Origin: an uncultured Phycisphaerales bacterium
GTDB taxonomy: Bacteria; Planctomycetota; Phycisphaerae; Tepidisphaerales; Tepidisphaeraceae
Direction of reading: 5' to 3'
DNA: 64,000 nucleotides
NCBI GenBank assembly: GCA_963758525.1
Contig: CAVWVQ010000003.1
Coordinates: forward strand, 3,104,001-3,168,000
Positions 60,666 to 64,000 of this stretch are shown here, one piece after another. The translations under genes were made by a program, and so were the position numbers. Positions within the stretch are counted from its first letter, which is position 1, and every line of letters starts with the position of its first letter. The notes beneath the pieces are model-generated. The model ran no database searches, was not told where the DNA came from, and saw only the letters and a list, made by a program, of their open reading frames with translations.

Positions 60666-61385
60666 TTGAGCGCGCCATCCATGCAGAGCGATTCCACGGA
60701 AATTGCACTCGTGCCCGTGGGGACGGCTGCGCTATGGATGATGTGCCTTGCGGTGGGAACCATCGGCTTGCTGATTCCCTATCCCCTTCCCCGCGCACCG
60801 TTGAAGGAACTGGCCCCGGTCCAGGCGCAGCTGATGCACGTTCAACTGATGAACGATGCATCGCTGCCGCCGGAGGTCGGGCCGCCAGTTCCGGATGAAC
60901 TGCCGGCGCCACCCCCGCCTCCCGCGGAAAATATCACTGCGCCGGCGGCGCCGCCGTTGGTTGCGGTGGCAGTTCCAAACCCGGCGATTGTCATGGCGCG
61001 ACCGATCCAAGGACCAACAACGATCGTCGAACCCAGGCACGCAACCCCTCCGCACTCGCCGGTTGCGGCAACCGGCCCTTCCATACCGGCAACTCCCAGG
61101 GCGCCTGCCCGTCCGACGCATTTAACCTTCGGCGAGGGTGATGGAAATCAACCAGCGCCTGAGTATCCGCGTGAGGCCAGGTTGGCCAGGCAGCAGGGCA
61201 CCGTGCTCATTCAATTTACAGTCGGTGAAGACGGACGCGTCCAATCCGCCAGGGCAGTCGTCCCCAGCCCGTTCCCGTTGCTGAATCAGGCGGCTCTCCG
61301 AGCCGTTCGCGAAGACTGGCGTTTTTCGGCCGGAGCGGTCCGGACCTTTGAAGTCTCCATTCAATTTGAACTCAAGCAGCATTGA
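60666..61385 (+). CDS. tonB: TonB family energy transducer
   Basis: N-terminal TM, Pro-rich linker, PEYPREAR...QQGTV...FTVGEDGRV. Confidence 0.88.
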   Translation: MSAPSMQSDSTEIALVPVGTAALWMMCLAVGTIGLLIPYPLPRAPLKELAPVQAQLMHVQLMNDASLPPEVGPPVPDELPAPPPPPAENITAPAAPPLVAVAVPNPAIVMARPIQGPTTIVEPRHATPPHSPVAATGPSIPATPRAPARPTHLTFGEGDGNQPAPEYPREARLARQQGTVLIQFTVGEDGRVQSARAVVPSPFPLLNQAALRAVREDWRFSAGAVRTFEVSIQFELKQH

Positions 61386-61402
61386 GTCGGGCCTCGTTGT
61401 CT

Positions 61403-62137
61403 ATGGAACCTATTCTCGCAAACATCGTCGTGGACTATTTTCTGCAGGGCGGGCCGATTATGTGGCCGCTCCTGCTGGCCCTGCTGGCGGCAATCGTCGT
61501 CGTTCTTGAGCGTTCCATCTGGTGGTGGATGCTCCGCCTTCGCACGCGCAGCAATCCCCTGCGTCTCAGTTTCGAGGCGATTGCCGCCGGCGAATTCGAC
61601 GCGGCGCTGGCGCTGACGGACCGGCCGAGCGATCCCTTCCTCACTACCGTTCACCAGGGTTTGCTGCACGCGCACAGCTCGCTCCTGGGAGCCATGCAAA
61701 TGCGGGCGTCGGAGGAACTCGAATGCGGAGAACGACGGCAATGGATCCTGGGAACGCTGATCACGCTTTCCCCATTGCTCGGATTGCTCGGCACCATCAC
61801 AGGAATCATGCGGTCGTTCAGCTTCGTCGGCAACGAACAGCTCGAAGCGACGAAAGTGAGCGGGGGAATTGCCGAAGCGCTGATCGCCACCGCCTGCGGG
61901 CTGGGCATCGCTATTCTGTGTTTGATTCCTTACAACTTCTTCAACCGGAAGCTTACGCAGTTCCGGTCCCGTCTGGAGCGGACGATCAATCACGTGGAGT
62001 TGCTTGCCGCGTCGGCGAAGCATCACGGTCACGATTTGGAGGAGTTTGCGCGGGAGCGCGAAATCGCTGGACGTCAGGTGGATACGGACGACAAGCCGCA
62101 GCGGGTGATTGGTGATGGGAACGTGAAGAAATGGTGA
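61403..62137 (+). CDS. exbB: MotA/TolQ/ExbB proton channel protein
   Basis: [23 protein letters not shown] and [14 protein letters not shown]. Confidence 0.92.
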   Translation: MEPILANIVVDYFLQGGPIMWPLLLALLAAIVVVLERSIWWWMLRLRTRSNPLRLSFEAIAAGEFDAALALTDRPSDPFLTTVHQGLLHAHSSLLGAMQMRASEELECGERRQWILGTLITLSPLLGLLGTITGIMRSFSFVGNEQLEATKVSGGIAEALIATACGLGIAILCLIPYNFFNRKLTQFRSRLERTINHVELLAASAKHHGHDLEEFAREREIAGRQVDTDDKPQRVIGDGNVKKW

Positions 62138-62322
62138 TTGGTGATTGGAACGTGACGGGGAGATGGTGATTGGAACGTGACGGGACGAAAGAACTGAACG
62201 TGAAGACGTGAAACGTGAGAGGAGGGAAAGGGAACGCGCTCGGATCGCTCTGCTCACGTTTGAGGTTCACGTTTCTGTATTGTCACGTTCCAATCACCAA
62301 TCACCCGTTCACCAATCACCCG
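62103..62322. repeat. Inverted arrays of GGTGATT and AACGTGA heptamers between exbB and exbD
   Basis: ggtgattggtgattggaacgtgac (several copies) mirrored by gtcacgttccaatcaccaatcacccg. Confidence 0.85.
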
Positions 62323-62338
62323 TTTCTGAGGTACCCCC

Positions 62339-62776
62339 ATGCCCATCAAACTTGATTCAAAACTTCCCTCGGACAACGCCGAGGCGCGCATCGAGATCGT
62401 GCCGTTGATCGACATCATGTTCTTTTTATTGGCGTCGTTCATGCTCGTCAGCCTGAGCATGGTCAACATGAAGAGCGTCAAAGTGGATCTGCCGACGGCA
62501 ACAACTTCGAGCGTCGATCTGAAGAAGGATTTTGTTGACATCTCCGTCGACAAGAGCGGCGCTGCGTTTCTGGACAAAAAGCCGATGGCGGGCAATGAGC
62601 TGATGGCGGCGCTCGCCCAACTGGCGCGGGAGAATCCGAAGCTGCGCGTCTTCATCAGCGGTGACCGTGACACGCGCAACGGCGACATGATTCACGTGCT
62701 CGACCTGGTGCGGCAGGCGGGGATCGACAAGGTGGCTTTCGAGGTCAAAGCGAGCGATCGCGCCGGTGCACCATGA
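62339..62776 (+). CDS. exbD: ExbD/TolR biopolymer transport protein
   Basis: IEIVPLIDIMFFLLASFM, VDLP and ISGD...VLDLVRQAGI. Confidence 0.93.
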   Translation: MPIKLDSKLPSDNAEARIEIVPLIDIMFFLLASFMLVSLSMVNMKSVKVDLPTATTSSVDLKKDFVDISVDKSGAAFLDKKPMAGNELMAALAQLARENPKLRVFISGDRDTRNGDMIHVLDLVRQAGIDKVAFEVKASDRAGAP

Positions 62777-63231
62777 ATCGCGTCCTCCAATGGTTCAATT
62801 TTGTGGGTGTGCTCGCGCTGACGGGCCTCTGCGTCGTGCAGTGGAAGGTAAACCGCCAGTTGAACCTGGCAGCCGCGCAGTTGGAACGGCTGCACCTGGC
62901 GGACGAAGCGAAGACCGCCAGGGACTCAAAGACGATCAGCGAACAGGCGTCCGATCTGGAGGAATTTCGCGAACGCGTTCGTCTTTGCGAAGTGGCATTG
63001 GCCGATAGCGAGAAGCAGTTGCAAACGGCGCAATCCGAGCGGGATCGACTCAACGCTTCGGTGGATCAGCTCAAGGCATCCCTCGCTCAATGGACGGCGG
63101 CGGTCGCGCAGCGCGACGCGGCCATCAAGCAGGCAGCCGCCCAAATTCAAAAATTGGCGGACGATCGCAACGAGGCGGTGCGGAGATTCAATGATCTGGC
63201 GGAGAAGTACAACGCCCTTGCGAAGAAGTAA
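62773..63231 (+). CDS. Membrane-anchored coiled-coil protein
   Basis: ATGA overlap with exbD, N-terminal TM (FNFVGVLALTGLCVVQW), then heptad-rich helix. Confidence 0.75.
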   Translation: MNRVLQWFNFVGVLALTGLCVVQWKVNRQLNLAAAQLERLHLADEAKTARDSKTISEQASDLEEFRERVRLCEVALADSEKQLQTAQSERDRLNASVDQLKASLAQWTAAVAQRDAAIKQAAAQIQKLADDRNEAVRRFNDLAEKYNALAKK

Positions 63232-63273
63232 GCCGAAAACTGAAAACGCTCCCGCCGCCGCCTATTATTCCTG

Positions 63274-63891
63274 ATGTCGAGTCGAGCGATCCTTACAGGC
63301 CTGTTCATGGCCGTCGCGGTTTTGGTGGTTTGGAAATACATGCTTCCGCCGCAGTTTCGGCCGGCGGTGTTTACGCCCAAAGTGCTGGCAAAGGAGCCTG
63401 GTGTGAAAACGGAGAAGGCGACGTTCGCAGCTGGTTGTTTCTGGGGAGTCGAGGCGACGTTCCGCGATGTGCCGGGGGTCGTGGGCACGCAGGTCGGATA
63501 TGCAGGCGGGACGACGAAGAACCCGACTTATGAAGACGTCTGCACCGACTCCACCGGCCATGCCGAAGCGGTGGAGGTCGAGTACGACCCGAAGAAGGTT
63601 TCGTACGACACGCTGCTGGATATCTTCTGGGCGAACCACGATCCGACGACACCCAACCGCCAAGGCCCCGACGTCGGAACGCAGTATCGCTCGGTGATCT
63701 TCTATCACAGCCCGGAACAGTTGGCCGAGGCTACTGCTTCTCTGAAGAAGGAGCAGGACTCGGGGCGATTCCGTCGGCCGATCGTCACGCAGATTGTTCC
63801 CGAAGCGCCGTTCTACCGCGCGGAGGAATATCACCAGCAGTATCTGGAGAAGCGGGGATTGCGTGAGTGCCATATCCGGACGGACGGCTGA
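63274..63891 (+). CDS. msrA: Peptide-methionine (S)-S-oxide reductase with an N-terminal membrane anchor
   Basis: [38 protein letters not shown] and AEEYHQQY. Confidence 0.96.
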   Translation: MSSRAILTGLFMAVAVLVVWKYMLPPQFRPAVFTPKVLAKEPGVKTEKATFAAGCFWGVEATFRDVPGVVGTQVGYAGGTTKNPTYEDVCTDSTGHAEAVEVEYDPKKVSYDTLLDIFWANHDPTTPNRQGPDVGTQYRSVIFYHSPEQLAEATASLKKEQDSGRFRRPIVTQIVPEAPFYRAEEYHQQYLEKRGLRECHIRTDG

Positions 63892-64000
63892 ACCCATCAC
63901 TTTTGCGGAATCGGTGATATGATGGTGCGTCAACGGAAAGGGATACATGACGTCACATTCGAACGTGTATTTGAGTTCCAGCTCGTCCTCAAGTGCGGGG

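Noticed and set aside
63892..64000. 3' part of a minus-strand gene entering from the window edge
   Set aside because: Too little sequence to support a call, and the open frame runs antisense through msrA.

Overview
This is a GC-rich bacterial chromosome window, most likely from a planctomycete (Phycisphaerae/Tepidisphaerales-like). That call is inferred from an LEPR-XLL-type secreted protein, ATQP/TTQP-type N-terminal linkers and the gene content. About 15 otherwise intact genes carry single 1-2 nt frameshifts at homopolymers or GC dinucleotide runs, which look like long-read consensus errors. Ordinary content includes argG, msrA, a Mn catalase, a SurA-like PPIase, tRNA-Val(GAC), an ECF sigma/anti-sigma/HtrA-like operon, a GH172-GH116-sugar ABC locus, a Fe(III)-type ABC transporter and rhaEW. 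The dominant theme is transition-metal homeostasis, with four loci: (1) a NiCoT transporter beside a decayed nikR fragment; (2) a zrgBC-like/zur/znuACB/copA operon; (3) an IS1634-disrupted permease-DUF58-transglutaminase-like-MoxR operon; (4) a TonB-dependent receptor/TonB/ExbBD operon. Three of these operons share a TGCAA-N5-TTGCA palindrome over their -35 boxes. The most interesting signal is two DUF2946-like leader ORFs ending in RGPP, each directly upstream of an outer-membrane protein gene. The one at 57889 has a His-rich CPIH variant of the usual CxxC, and the sequence right after its RGPP codons can pair with the downstream SD and start codon. This suggests a metal-sensing ribosome-arrest switch layered on a Fur/Zur-type operator. 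The window also holds many REP-like doublets, short tandem repeats at operon junctions, several apparent pseudo-enzymes, and two toxin-antitoxin modules whose toxins have decayed.
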